DNA of 64,000 nucleotides from an uncultured Bacteroidales bacterium. GTDB taxonomy: Bacteria; Bacteroidota; Bacteroidia; Bacteroidales; VadinHA17. Position 1 is the stretch's first letter; each line of letters starts with the position of its first letter. The position numbers and the translations under genes were made by a program. Below are positions 36,443 through 47,900 of the stretch, piece by piece. The DNA lies in assembly GCA_963736675.1 (NCBI GenBank), contig CAVTPT010000002.1, positions 352,361-416,360 on the forward strand. The letters are read 5' to 3'. The notes under the pieces are model-generated. The model saw only the letters and a program-made list of their open reading frames with translations, had not been told where the DNA came from and did not search any database.

Positions 36443-37747
36443 ATGAGCAGAATAGTAGCAATAGTCGGAAGACCCAATGTAGGAAAATCGACACTTTTTA
36501 ACAGGCTTACCGTTTCGAGGGAAGCAATTGTCGACGAAGTCAGCGGAGTCACCCGTGACAGGAATTACGGGCTGGCGAACTGGAATGGCATGGATTTTTC
36601 CGTCATTGATACCGGCGGATATGTCAGAAATTCGGACGATATTTTTGAAGAGGAGATAAACAAGCAGGTGCACCTGGCGATAGAGGAAGCTGATATTATT
36701 CTCTTTATGGTTGATGTCACGACAGGCATACATGAACTCGACATGTCTGTTGCTTCACTCTTAAGAAAGTACAACAAGAAAGTGATACTCGTCGTAAATA
36801 AAGTCGACAACAGTGAAAGACTTTTTGAAGCTACTGAATTCTACAGCCTTGGTCTGGGAGACTATTTCCCGCTAAGCTCAATAAACGGAGGCGGTACGGG
36901 AGATCTTCTTGATGAGGTAGTAAAAAACCTTCCGGATATGGCTCCTGAAATTATCCCCGACATTCCAAGGGTAGCTATTATAGGAAGGCCAAATGTCGGA
37001 AAATCATCGCTGATAAATGCACTCCTTGGTGAGGAAAGAAATATTGTAACTCCCCTGGCCGGTACAACACGCGATTCTATATATACAAGGTTTAACAAGT
37101 ATAATCATGATTTTCTGCTCGTCGATACTGCAGGGCTCAGGAAAAAGGGAAAGGTAAGTGAGGATATTGAATTCTACTCGGTGATGAGGGCTGTCAGGAC
37201 TATCGAAAATTCGGATATCTGTCTTTTACTGATAGATGCGACCCGGGGGATAGAGGCCCAGGATCTTAATATCATCTCACTCATACAAAAGAATAACAAG
37301 GGAATGATAATTCTCGTAAACAAGTGGGATCTTATAGAGAAAGAAAACAGTACTACTACCCGTTTCGAAAAAGATATAAGAGATAAAACATCGCCCTTTA
37401 CCGATTATCACATCCTGTTTATTTCTGCCACCAACAAGCAAAGGATTCACAAAGTACTTGAACTGGTTGAAAAGGTCAACGAAAACAGACGGCGAAAAAT
37501 ACCGACCGCTGAGCTGAATACCGTAATGCAGGAACTTGTCAGGGTTAACCCGCCACCTGCACTCAAAGGGAAGCATATTAAAATAAAATATGTAACCCAG
37601 TTGCCTGTATATACACCATCGTTTGCATTTTTCTGTAATCTTCCTCAATACGTCAAGGAACCATATAAAAGGTACATCGAAAACAGGATAAGGGAGCACT
37701 TTGAGTTTACGGGAGTACCTGTCAGGATATTTTTTAGAAAAAAATAG
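36443..37747 (+). CDS. der: Ribosome-biogenesis GTPase Der (EngA)
   Basis: Two tandem G domains ([12 protein letters not shown] and [12 protein letters not shown]) and a KH-like C-terminus. Confidence 0.9.
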   Translation: MSRIVAIVGRPNVGKSTLFNRLTVSREAIVDEVSGVTRDRNYGLANWNGMDFSVIDTGGYVRNSDDIFEEEINKQVHLAIEEADIILFMVDVTTGIHELDMSVASLLRKYNKKVILVVNKVDNSERLFEATEFYSLGLGDYFPLSSINGGGTGDLLDEVVKNLPDMAPEIIPDIPRVAIIGRPNVGKSSLINALLGEERNIVTPLAGTTRDSIYTRFNKYNHDFLLVDTAGLRKKGKVSEDIEFYSVMRAVRTIENSDICLLLIDATRGIEAQDLNIISLIQKNNKGMIILVNKWDLIEKENSTTTRFEKDIRDKTSPFTDYHILFISATNKQRIHKVLELVEKVNENRRRKIPTAELNTVMQELVRVNPPPALKGKHIKIKYVTQLPVYTPSFAFFCNLPQYVKEPYKRYIENRIREHFEFTGVPVRIFFRKK

Positions 37748-37794
37748 TGTATTTTGGTGTAGTTTTTGTATGATAGTTTGCTTACCGGAAAACA

Positions 37795-38313
37795 ATGAGG
37801 ACAATCAGACTTGCAATATCATTTTTGCTCTTCACGATAATAATTATGTCGTGCAGAAAAATCGAGAAACTACCTCCTGAACCATATATTGAATTTACCA
37901 GTTTTTCGGTGTTCGACACTATCGATATTCTTGGGAATGAAGCAAAGGGAGGAAGGCTGAAGTTCTATTTTGAAGACGGTGACGGTGACCTGGGATTACC
38001 TGTGCCTTCGGAAGGACAAACTTCTGACACTGTTAATCTTTTCTTTACACTCTTTAGAAAAACCGGCGGAGTAATGAATCCTGCCCCCGAAGATGACCCT
38101 CTGAACCCGTCGGACTACAGGATCCCATACATGGAAAGGGAAGGGCAGAACAAAATATTAAAAGGCACAATATCAGTAACTTTCCTATACCTGTTCTATT
38201 ACGAAACAGATATAATACGTTATGACTTCTATATCAAAGACAGGGATGGCAACGAAAGTAATACAGTATCAACAGCTGAAATTAATATCTCGGAGAATAA
38301 TATCTACCGCTGA
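37795..38313 (+). CDS. Hypothetical lipoprotein
   Basis: Signal with a Cys (FTIIIMSCRK). No recognised family. An acidic FYFEDGDGDLGLP motif is present. Confidence 0.5.
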   Translation: MRTIRLAISFLLFTIIIMSCRKIEKLPPEPYIEFTSFSVFDTIDILGNEAKGGRLKFYFEDGDGDLGLPVPSEGQTSDTVNLFFTLFRKTGGVMNPAPEDDPLNPSDYRIPYMEREGQNKILKGTISVTFLYLFYYETDIIRYDFYIKDRDGNESNTVSTAEINISENNIYR

Positions 38314-38323
38314 TTGAATAAAA

Positions 38324-41300
38324 TCAGACCCTGACCCCCATGAAAATAATATCATCAACCTGGTCGTGGGGTCCCTTCCATTCGTGGTAAAACCGTGAAA
38401 CTTCTTCACTCTGTTCTTTCATCGGCATTTTTGAAATGTCCTCTATAAGCTGCTTAAGCCTGGCGATCTTCATCTTTTTACCATCCGGACCTCCAAACTG
38501 ATCGGGCAGACCGTCGGAAAACAGATAAATGGTGTCGCCTTTATTAAGATAATATTCCTGGTCGTCGAAAAATTTCTCATTAGCCGATTCTCCTCCTACT
38601 GACGATCTGTTACCTTTTATATAAAGTATTTCACCGTCGATCACAATTATGACCGGCCGCATGGCCGATGCAAACCTGACATGCCTGTCGTGCCTGGTAA
38701 ATTCACATACAACAACATCCATCCCGTCGTTTGAAATCCCCAGCTCAAGATTCTGGTTAAGGGTTGAAAAGATCTGTTTGTCAAGCTTGGAAAGTATTTC
38801 AGAGGGTTTCGAAATTCTCTGACGTGAGACAATATCACGGAGAAGTGTGGAACCAATCACCGACATAAATGCCCCGGGAACCCCGTGCCCGGTCGAGTCG
38901 GCGCAAACAAGAATAAACTTGCCATCGTCAATTTCATCAAACCAGTAAAAATCACCGCTGACAATATCCCTCGGATAAAAAGTTATAAAAGCATCATCGA
39001 AATAGCTCCTAAGCTTGTTAAGATCAGGGAGAATACTTGATTGTATCCTTTTCGCATAATTTATACTGTCTGTAATCTCAATATTCTGAAGCTCTATCTC
39101 GTTCTTTTGCTTCATTACAACTTCAGTCCTCGCCTCAAGTTCCTTCTCAAGATATTCCCGGATCTTTTTCTGGGCTTTCTCCCTTTCACTGACAATGAGT
39201 ACACCTGTCCCCGATACAAAAGCAATTACCGAGAGTACAAACCACCAGCTTCTCCAGAAAGGTTTCTTTATAAGAATGTCGATCATAACCGGAGTCTCCT
39301 GTGAAAGTCCATCTTCATTAACTGATACGATATTGAATTTATATCTTCCATCCCGCAGACTATATGCGACCTCCCTGTTGGATGATAAACCGCTCCAGTC
39401 AGCATCAAAATTTTCCATAAATGTACTGTAAAAGACCTTTTCGGGATTACTGAAACTGATCCCTACAAAACTGATCTTCACAGAATAGCTTTTTTTGTAC
39501 GGAAGTGTAATTGACTGCTGATAAGGGTATTCCACATTGTTGATCGTAACCGAGTTGATGTTGTTGAACGGAGGAACCTGGGTCTTTTTTTCGCGTTGCC
39601 TGTCGTAGACAATAAGGCCACGGGTGGTCCCGATAAGGACTTTGCCATCGGGTGATTCAAATAACCCGTCAGCGTTACAGTCTCCCGCTCCGGCAAAATC
39701 AGTGTCGTAAACTTTTACCATTCCGGTTTCAGAGTTATAGACGGAAAACCCTCTGGAGTGACCGATCCAGACATTCGATTCCGAATCAGCATAAATACTG
39801 TAGCAATAATTCGACAGAAGACCATCCGATACAGTCAGTGATTTCACAGAATCACCATAAAACCAGAAAGCCCCGTTACCCGAGGTAGCAGCCCAGACAC
39901 CACTGTCGCGGGCAACTGTTACAGCCAGGATCTTATTAAGCATTCTGCCTGATATTACAACATTACCTGCCTCAACTCCGGAACCGGCATCAACCCTGTA
40001 TAACCTGTCGCTTTCACATGCCACAAGTGCACTTCCATCGCTGGCAAGAGCCACCTGGTTAATATAGTTGTGCGGCAACCCTGTGTTGATATTATAGTTG
40101 TTCTTATATTCTCCGTCTGCCCTGTCCAATAAAATCAATCCGTTGAGCGTTGCCAGCCAGATGTTCTCCTGATCCATCTCAATATGCATAATGTTGTTCT
40201 CACCGGTATCTTCCGATCTGTAAAACAATCTTACCCTGCCGGAATTATCCATTTTAAACAGACCCGATCCCCTGGTGGCAATCCAGATGTTACTTTCAGT
40301 GTCGATAAAATACGAGCTGATATCGCTCCGGCCGGTACTACCCGACAGATCTTTAAATGCTCCCGGTTCACCACTCAGAGGATCAAAAAGATAGTAACCC
40401 GAAGGAGTACCCAGAAAGTATTTATCACCCAATACATTAATATAAATCACATTATCAGGCATACTCCCTCTTCCGGGAGAATAAAAGCTAATGGCGTCGG
40501 AGCCTAACAGCGAAAGACCCCCGCCATTAAATCCCATCCAGATATTACTCTCAAGATCCTGGTATACACACGATACATTATCCGAGGCAAGGCCCGATGA
40601 TTCATCCATTATCCTTACTTTTCCCGAAGAGTATCGTATCACACCCGATTCAGCAGTTGATATCCATATAACATTCTCATTGTCTTCCATTATTGCCCTG
40701 ACGGCAAGAGTCGCCAGTTCCGGAGGACCATCAACGCGGGACAGAATATTTTCGTTACCGTTTAACTCAAGCTGAAAGAGTCCGTTGCCATCTGTTCCTA
40801 TCAGAAAGCTGTTTCCATCGTCCATCCGGTGAATTGCCATTATTCGAGAATAATCAAACCCCTCAACGATACTTAATACCGAAATTGAGTCGTCCGAAGC
40901 CTTGCATACCATAATATTTTCAAGGGTACCGATAATAAGATCACCATCGGCTGAAAAACATCCTGACGATATAACCGGATCAGCACTTAATGAATACTCC
41001 TGAATATCCTCCTGATTCAGAGGATTAATGCTGAAGACCGGTTTCTTCTGTGGTAGTACCCAGATAAGTCCATCAGGTCCTTCGATAATAGAACTGATAC
41101 CCGAGGTGTTTGATACTTTAATCTGTTCAGGTTTCCCTTCTGCTGTATGAAAAACAGTGCCGTCGTTACAACCGAACCATAATGTCCCGTTTTTGTCCCT
41201 GAGGGAACTTGTTGGATATCTGTTCTCAGCCGAATCGGGGAAAGAGATATTGTGAAATTCTATACCGTCAAACTTCGCCAGTCCCTCCGCAGTACCCGTC

Positions 41301-41470
41301 CAGAGATAACCTGAATTATCCTGAACAATAGTATATACGACACTACTTGGGATACCGCTTCCCTCCCCATAGTTCTTAAACCTGAACGACTGACTTTTCA
41401 GTATCCCTGAAAACAGAAACAGACACACTGTGGCGCTGATCAATACCCTGTGGGTTAAATTAATTCTCAT
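38324..41470 (-). CDS. Sensor protein: two-component-regulator propeller repeats + Y_Y_Y domain + TM + coiled coil + SpoIIE/PP2C phosphatase
   Basis: About 700 aa of propeller-type repeats (D..G.LW.GT..GL), one TM segment (WWFVLSVIAFVSGTGVLIV), a coiled coil, and a PP2C block (SGDFYWF...CADSTGHGVPGAFMS...SDGLPDQFGG). Confidence 0.75.
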   Translation of the reverse strand: MRINLTHRVLISATVCLFLFSGILKSQSFRFKNYGEGSGIPSSVVYTIVQDNSGYLWTGTAEGLAKFDGIEFHNISFPDSAENRYPTSSLRDKNGTLWFGCNDGTVFHTAEGKPEQIKVSNTSGISSIIEGPDGLIWVLPQKKPVFSINPLNQEDIQEYSLSADPVISSGCFSADGDLIIGTLENIMVCKASDDSISVLSIVEGFDYSRIMAIHRMDDGNSFLIGTDGNGLFQLELNGNENILSRVDGPPELATLAVRAIMEDNENVIWISTAESGVIRYSSGKVRIMDESSGLASDNVSCVYQDLESNIWMGFNGGGLSLLGSDAISFYSPGRGSMPDNVIYINVLGDKYFLGTPSGYYLFDPLSGEPGAFKDLSGSTGRSDISSYFIDTESNIWIATRGSGLFKMDNSGRVRLFYRSEDTGENNIMHIEMDQENIWLATLNGLILLDRADGEYKNNYNINTGLPHNYINQVALASDGSALVACESDRLYRVDAGSGVEAGNVVISGRMLNKILAVTVARDSGVWAATSGNGAFWFYGDSVKSLTVSDGLLSNYCYSIYADSESNVWIGHSRGFSVYNSETGMVKVYDTDFAGAGDCNADGLFESPDGKVLIGTTRGLIVYDRQREKKTQVPPFNNINSVTINNVEYPYQQSITLPYKKSYSVKISFVGISFSNPEKVFYSTFMENFDADWSGLSSNREVAYSLRDGRYKFNIVSVNEDGLSQETPVMIDILIKKPFWRSWWFVLSVIAFVSGTGVLIVSEREKAQKKIREYLEKELEARTEVVMKQKNEIELQNIEITDSINYAKRIQSSILPDLNKLRSYFDDAFITFYPRDIVSGDFYWFDEIDDGKFILVCADSTGHGVPGAFMSVIGSTLLRDIVSRQRISKPSEILSKLDKQIFSTLNQNLELGISNDGMDVVVCEFTRHDRHVRFASAMRPVIIVIDGEILYIKGNRSSVGGESANEKFFDDQEYYLNKGDTIYLFSDGLPDQFGGPDGKKMKIARLKQLIEDISKMPMKEQSEEVSRFYHEWKGPHDQVDDIIFMGVRV

Positions 41471-41482
41471 ATCAGAATTGTG

Positions 41483-42487
41483 CTATTTTTTTGGTATCTG
41501 CCGGATGGTTGTCTTAGGCTGATATACGGGCACCCCACCGATAGGTGAGCTGAAAAACTGCAACGCATCACCTCTCTGGTTCTCCAGTGTTACAACCACA
41601 TTATTATTTCGTACAAGAGATCCCTGTTTTTTATGAAACTGAAAATCAAGCGATTTACCTACCTCCGGAGGTTCAATCGGTATCCTCGACATCTCCCAGT
41701 TGTCTTCATTTGAAATTGGCACCGTTATTCCCTGTTTGTATGTTGACACAACAAGAATAGCTCCGTCATCATCCCAGTCGAAATTCCTTTGTCTTACCCA
41801 CACAGTCCCCGTATCGACGTACGGATAAATATGAGCTATGCTTTTGGTATCATTCCACATTCTGAAGGTATATTCGTATGTGAAGGCGTTTGCCCCTTCG
41901 ATCGGGACTTCCTTATCCTTTTCGCGGCTGAGAAAATACCTGTGAAGGTTTCCGTCATCGCCTGTAATCCCTTCGCATACTATTTTGAAAATATAACTGT
42001 TCCATTTCTCGTTGAAGTCACCTTCAGCAGGATTAAAGGGTCCGAATGCATAATAACCGTTATCATATTTCGGGTCATTACCAAAAACCCTCGATGTCAG
42101 AAGATTCCCGGTTTTATAATTGGCCCCTTCGACAAGGCCGCGTGATTCCTCGTTTTTATCCGGATCCACTCCTTTCCCTCCATATACCGAGAACATGGTC
42201 CGTGAATCCCATAATCCCTGAATCTCGTCGTTTTCACCCCCCACATCCGGATCAAAAACCTTTATATAAAATTGTTGGTTAAAATCTTTTGGTATGGTGA
42301 AAAAGAACAGTGAATAAAAATCGTCGTCGCCCCATGAGGTCTCTCCGTTTTTTCCAAAAGTCACGAGGAAGGGGATATTCTCAACCATATTGGGAACAGC
42401 CTGTCCCGACACTCCACGGGGGAGTGCTGCCATCAGAGTGATGACTGTAACAAGGACCTTGATTGTATTGCGAACTTTCATTGGCAT
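41483..42487 (-). CDS. Hypothetical secreted protein
   Basis: 334 aa with a signal peptide. No family recognised. The start-to-stop gap to the upstream gene is 22 nt. Confidence 0.5.
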   Translation of the reverse strand: MPMKVRNTIKVLVTVITLMAALPRGVSGQAVPNMVENIPFLVTFGKNGETSWGDDDFYSLFFFTIPKDFNQQFYIKVFDPDVGGENDEIQGLWDSRTMFSVYGGKGVDPDKNEESRGLVEGANYKTGNLLTSRVFGNDPKYDNGYYAFGPFNPAEGDFNEKWNSYIFKIVCEGITGDDGNLHRYFLSREKDKEVPIEGANAFTYEYTFRMWNDTKSIAHIYPYVDTGTVWVRQRNFDWDDDGAILVVSTYKQGITVPISNEDNWEMSRIPIEPPEVGKSLDFQFHKKQGSLVRNNNVVVTLENQRGDALQFFSSPIGGVPVYQPKTTIRQIPKK

Positions 42488-42509
42488 CCAAAAATAGTAA
42501 TATTAATAA

Positions 42510-43946
42510 TCAGGGGCTCAGCAATATTGTAATATTTTTTGAAACACATGCTTCTCTTGCAAGTCCATCTTCCCCGGCCCTGGAGGTGACGATAAGCTGC
42601 ACATCATAATTGCCGGCAGTTTCAAAAATCTTCCGGACCTCATTCCCGACCGCCACTGTGTTATCACCGAAGTTCCAGTAGTACTCTGCAATATCCCATC
42701 CGGGCAGATTGGTCCCTTCCGACGAGAAAACTACAGAAGAGCCCGCGACAGCACTGTCGGGTGCAGTAATAAAAGGTTGCTCAAACTCGCTTAGCACGAG
42801 AGTGTCTGATTTTTCATTATAAAGGACCTCCCGGGTTAAAAGGTTAACCACATCCAGCTGAACGATATATGTTCCCGGCCCCGCATAGCAATGCTGTACA
42901 AGCGCCCCTGTGTCCTTTGCTCCATCACCGAATCTCCACTCATATCTGAAAGGCATGGAATCGTATTTCACTGCATTCTCCTCGAGGAACTCGTAACAGT
43001 AATTGTTTTCCATCACTGGTTCGCACGACGTTTTCCTTATTGTTGTTGCGTTAAAAGTATAAATATCATCACTCCGGCGTCTGTTCGACGAAAAGAATCC
43101 TGCCCTGAGGTTGTCTCCGGCCACCAGGGCAAAATCATCAGAAGATGAATTGAGCGGCTCCGGAAGCAGCACCGGATCGCTCCATCCTCCGTAACTTAAT
43201 GAGGTGTAATAAATGTCGAGCCCCCCGATACCTCCCTGCCTGTCGGAAGTAAAATACAGATAGCCTGACGGATGAATATTCGGATAGTTTTCAGCAGCAG
43301 GAGTATTTACTTTCGGGCCCAGGTTAACCGGGGGGCCCCATTCACCATCTATCCATTCGCAATAATAAATATCCGAACCTCCCTGGCCTCCCGGCATGTC
43401 AGAGGAGAAAAAGAGGTACTTTGAGTCTGCACTTACCGAAGGCTGGGCAATATCATACTCAATGCTGTTGTAACCGAAAGGCTCAACAGATATCAGTTCA
43501 GACCCCGAAATTCTGGCAGTAAATAATCCGCTGTGATTTTCAAAATCCCTGCTCTTTGCTGCCGGACCAGTTTCAATTTCGCTGGTAAAATAAACAGTAA
43601 TTCCATCAGGTGCAATACATAGTGGCCCGTTATTGAAAAGTGAACTACGCTCAGTCTTGTACTCAACAGGTTTTCCCCAGACCGTTGAGTCTTGCCGTTC
43701 AGCATAAAAGATATTAAAAAGCCTGCGTCCGTCAAATGCCGTCCGGTCAGTAATATTGCTGACACGGCGGTCAGAACAAAATATCACTCCATCAGATACA
43801 ATTACCGGTGATATTTCATTAAAAACAGAAGAGCTGAACGGCATCCTGGTTATACTATATTGCGTTACCTGCTGGGATGAAACATTTCCTGCCAGCAAAA
43901 AGGAGACTAAAATTGATAATATATTCGCGGTGCCTCTGCTCATCAT
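42510..43946 (-). CDS. Secreted PD40/TolB-like beta-propeller protein with two C-terminal PKD domains
   Basis: PD40-like repeats (PSVSADSKYLFFSSDMPGGQGGSDIYY and HPSGYLYFTSDRQGGIGGLDIYY) and PKD motifs (YEWRFGDGA...GTYIVQLDV and YYWNFGDNT...GNYDVQLIV). No OmpA domain was seen. Confidence 0.65.
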   Translation of the reverse strand: MMSRGTANILSILVSFLLAGNVSSQQVTQYSITRMPFSSSVFNEISPVIVSDGVIFCSDRRVSNITDRTAFDGRRLFNIFYAERQDSTVWGKPVEYKTERSSLFNNGPLCIAPDGITVYFTSEIETGPAAKSRDFENHSGLFTARISGSELISVEPFGYNSIEYDIAQPSVSADSKYLFFSSDMPGGQGGSDIYYCEWIDGEWGPPVNLGPKVNTPAAENYPNIHPSGYLYFTSDRQGGIGGLDIYYTSLSYGGWSDPVLLPEPLNSSSDDFALVAGDNLRAGFFSSNRRRSDDIYTFNATTIRKTSCEPVMENNYCYEFLEENAVKYDSMPFRYEWRFGDGAKDTGALVQHCYAGPGTYIVQLDVVNLLTREVLYNEKSDTLVLSEFEQPFITAPDSAVAGSSVVFSSEGTNLPGWDIAEYYWNFGDNTVAVGNEVRKIFETAGNYDVQLIVTSRAGEDGLAREACVSKNITILLSP

Positions 43947-43949
43947 TTA

Positions 43950-44912
43950 TTAAAAATATCTCGGATTAGCAGCACTGACCTTGTATCCAAAATCATACCG
44001 GAGTGTGATTTCTGTCGATCCATTTGAAAATGAGTTCATTCGTCCAGCCGGATAATCATACGATATGCCTGCCATCAGCTGCTGGTTCACCTGAACCTGA
44101 AATATCCCCACGATAACCTGTTCAGGGAACCTCCACGAGGCCCCCGCCCAGAACATATCAGCAATTATGAAATTCGTATTTAAATCAAACTTGTTCAGCT
44201 TTCTTGTTTTACGCATCGAGTAGTCGATCAGCAACGAAGGTTTGAACTTAAGTGAAGGAGAAATATCAAAAATGGCACCTGCTGACAACATGAAACTGTA
44301 CTCTCCGAAGCTGTGATACAACTGAGTGCTCCCGTTACCGGTCCTCTGGTAACTAAGAAATGAAGGAATCGCCAGTCCGGCATAATACCTGCCGGTATAA
44401 TAGTAGGCTCCTGCCCCAACGTTTGGCAGTACATAAGGTTTATTATCTGCCTCAAAAACAGGGTCCTCCTTATCAAAAAGAAGTATACCCGTATAGTCGG
44501 TGTTTGACACATCGACTCCGGCTTTCAAACCAAACGATAATCTCCCGTCCCTGAAACGTATATGATAGGCATAATCGGCGTAAATACTTGTTGATTTTGT
44601 GACACCATACTGCATGAACTGGGCAATCAGTCCCAGAGCCACCTTGTCGTTTTTCATCGGAGAGTGAAATGAAAGAGACTGCAGTAATGGTGAACCTTTT
44701 GTTCCCATCCATTGCATCCTGTACGACATAAATGCACTTAGTGCACCACGGGTGCCTGCATATGCCGGATTGATAACCAGACCGTTCTGCAGATACTGAC
44801 TATACACAGGATACCCCAGACTAATTCTGTTTGAATCGGGGACCAGCTGGGAATAAGAGCTTCCGGTCAGGAACAAAAATAAAAGTACTGTAAAAACCCT
44901 CTCTCTGTGCAT
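43950..44912 (-). CDS. PorP/SprF-family type IX secretion system membrane protein
   Basis: 320 aa. YSQYLQNGLVINPAYAGTRGALS is the family's N-terminal signature and a beta-barrel periodicity follows. It lies directly downstream of a type-B CTD cargo gene. Confidence 0.75.
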   Translation of the reverse strand: MHRERVFTVLLFLFLTGSSYSQLVPDSNRISLGYPVYSQYLQNGLVINPAYAGTRGALSAFMSYRMQWMGTKGSPLLQSLSFHSPMKNDKVALGLIAQFMQYGVTKSTSIYADYAYHIRFRDGRLSFGLKAGVDVSNTDYTGILLFDKEDPVFEADNKPYVLPNVGAGAYYYTGRYYAGLAIPSFLSYQRTGNGSTQLYHSFGEYSFMLSAGAIFDISPSLKFKPSLLIDYSMRKTRKLNKFDLNTNFIIADMFWAGASWRFPEQVIVGIFQVQVNQQLMAGISYDYPAGRMNSFSNGSTEITLRYDFGYKVSAANPRYF

Positions 44913-44955
44913 TATGTATAATTCAATTACCGGGTCTGATAAGGAACTCCGGATG

Positions 44956-47900
44956 CTAATATCTTTTCAGTAAAACAAATCCACTCTTCTTTATCTGCCT
45001 TTCAATCCTGCCCGACCTTATTGTCAGCAGGTAGTAATAAGTCCCTTCAGGCAGATCAATGCCACCGGAGTTTTTCCCATCCCATGGTTTCCACTCGTTA
45101 TCGTTAATATTTGATGTGGAATAGACCTTAACCCCCGCATTGTTAACAATTATCAACTCAATAAGATGATTTGGTCTCCCCGATATTTCGTCAACCGAAA
45201 GATCAAGCCCTTTTATTGTCAGCACGTCATTTTTACCATTGTTGTCCGGCGAAATGCCTTCAGCGATCTGAATATCCATTATTTCAACCGTAACGGTTGA
45301 TGTAAGTTCGCACACTCCGTTAACTACTTTCCATAAAAGAACATTTGACCCCGATGGTGACAGGTGGCTGACAGTAGCATTGTACAGTGACTGGTTGTCA
45401 AAAGATGGAACTCCCTGGCTTGACTGGACGCTCCAGGTCCCCGTTCCCAATACCGGTTCAAGGGCCTGAAGTTTATAGATATTCTCAAAAGAGTTAATTA
45501 TTGTATCCTCTCCTGCATAAACCGGATAAGGCCGGGGTGTTATCGAAATGTCGAGCACATTCGAAAAGCCGGAACATGTATTATATGGTCCGGACCAGAC
45601 CTTACGGCGGTATTTCACAGGTGACGAAAGCAGCGGAAGCTGAAGGTTAGCCCCATCCATTGTGTTTATTGTGTCAGATGTAACATTCGTCCAGGCTATC
45701 CCGTCAGGGCTTGACTCCCAGAGAAACCTGTACTGAGTTCCGGCTCCTCCTGAAAGAATCCCCGTGACGGGAACAGAAGGTGTTTCAAAACAGACTGCAA
45801 GATCTTCAGGTATTGTGTTTACAATGGTTGGTAAGACAGTTATGGTAATTCCGGCACTGCTTTCATTACTGCATGCCCCGGAAGTCACCCGGCGTTTATA
45901 AAATGTCGTCTGGGGAAGAATTCCCGGAATGTATTCCCGGCTGGTTCCGGATGATGCCACCGGATTCCATGTAAGGTTATCGGCCGAATAGATCCATTGG
46001 TATGCATAATTGGTACCATCCCCGCCGGAAGGCACCAGGCCTGTAAGCCTGTTCGGCAATGCTCCTGAGCAGATCGTTGTATCGGTCAACCCCCCTGCAA
46101 GAAGTGATATAGAATTATTAATGACAGGTTTATGCACATTTATTGCAACTGCCGGGCTTATGTCGGAACATGCCGATGAGTAGACAATTCTCCTGTAAAG
46201 AGTTGAATCGGAAAGAGCCGGCGGCGAATAGCCGGGATTGGTAACACCGGTATATCCGGTGATATCCTGCCACGTATGGAATTTATTAAAACTCTGCCAG
46301 GTATAGGTATAGGAACCCGGACCTTTGCCGTCTTCAGGCTGTGAACCGGTAAGTCCTGCCGGCACACTGCCGGCACAAATGGTCTGGTCGCCTGAAGTAA
46401 TAAGATTATTGGTTATTACAGGATACTGAATCAGCAGCACTGTTCCGCTGGTACTTGTACATACATCGTCCGAACCCGAATAGACCACCCTTCTGTAGTA
46501 TTCCTGTCCCGGGAAGGGAGGCAGGTTTTCAACAGGATTATAACTGGCAGCGTTCGATACACCGGCCGCAGTATTCCAGCCTGTTGTTCCATCGGCGCTC
46601 CGTTCCCACCTGTAACTGTACAGGTTGTCTCCACCCGAAAGCTGGGGTGCGACAGTTCCCTGAATATTTTCGAAGATCATTCCTGTGCAAATCTCCTGTG
46701 GCCCTGTAAGTATCGCATTATTGGAGATATTTTCAAGAACATTTATCCTGACGGCTGCGCTTGTGCTTACACATCTTCCCGATATAACCTTACGTCTGTA
46801 CCATGTAGTCTGTGTAAGACCTGCCGGCGGGTCATAATTTTCGGTAACGGCTGCAAGAGATGTATAATTTGAATTGTCGATGCTTGATTCCCAGGCAAAG
46901 CTGAATACTCCGTTGCCATCCCTTACAGAAAGTACTGAACTGAGGGCAGGAGGATCCTGACTGTAACATATGGTATCCGGATCACCGATCACATTATCTT
47001 TAATAAAAGGATGGGCAATAATCATAACAGGTTTGCTTATATCAATAATTGCCGGAGCGCTTGCATCTGTAATCCTTCTTCTGAACCATGTTGTCTGGGT
47101 AATGACCGAAGGAGGAGTATAATGTTGCTGATTATTGACCCCGGGAGCTGCTGAAAAGCCCGACGTCGCTGAAGTAGTACTGTATTCCCAGAGGTAAACA
47201 TAGGGTGCTTTCCCGCCGACAGGCCTGGTCCCATTCAATTGTCCGAAAGGTGTGTCAGAGCATATTGAGTCGGTTGTGGTACCTGTAACGACCGACCATA
47301 TGGAATTAAAAAGGAAGCCGTTCAGTTTTGGTCCGAAGTTGAGTTTGATCTCACCGTTTCCCTCCGAAGGGAGGGCCGGTCCGGGTGTCCCATACGCAAC
47401 CGAAGCTGATATTTCGGACGGGACCGAAGATGAGCTGAGCCATATCATTCCACCGCCTCCACCACCGCCTGATCCGAAGCCGCCTGTATTAATTCCTCCG
47501 TTGCCGCCCTTTGCTGATACCTGCAGCTGCGATGAGAATCCCTGGAAAGAGAGGACGACAGATCCTCCTGCACCACCACCTCCTGCTCCTGCATCGCCCA
47601 GAGCATTGGCAGCTGTGCCACCGTCCGATCTTATAAAATGATTATTCCCCTCTATTGTGTCTGCAATTATTATTACTATACCGCCGCCGTTAGCACCCGG
47701 TGAAGCTGTCGATCCTGTCGCACCGGTCGATGCCCCTCCTCCGCCCCCGGCAAAGATCCCATCCTGAATGGTTGTGCCCGTAATGCTTACTCCACCATAT
47801 CCGCCGGGCTGCGGATTTATGCAACCGCCAAAGAATTTCTCATCGCCGCCATCACCACCAAGTCCCCTGTTTGAACCGCCACCTCCGCCTGAATACTTTC

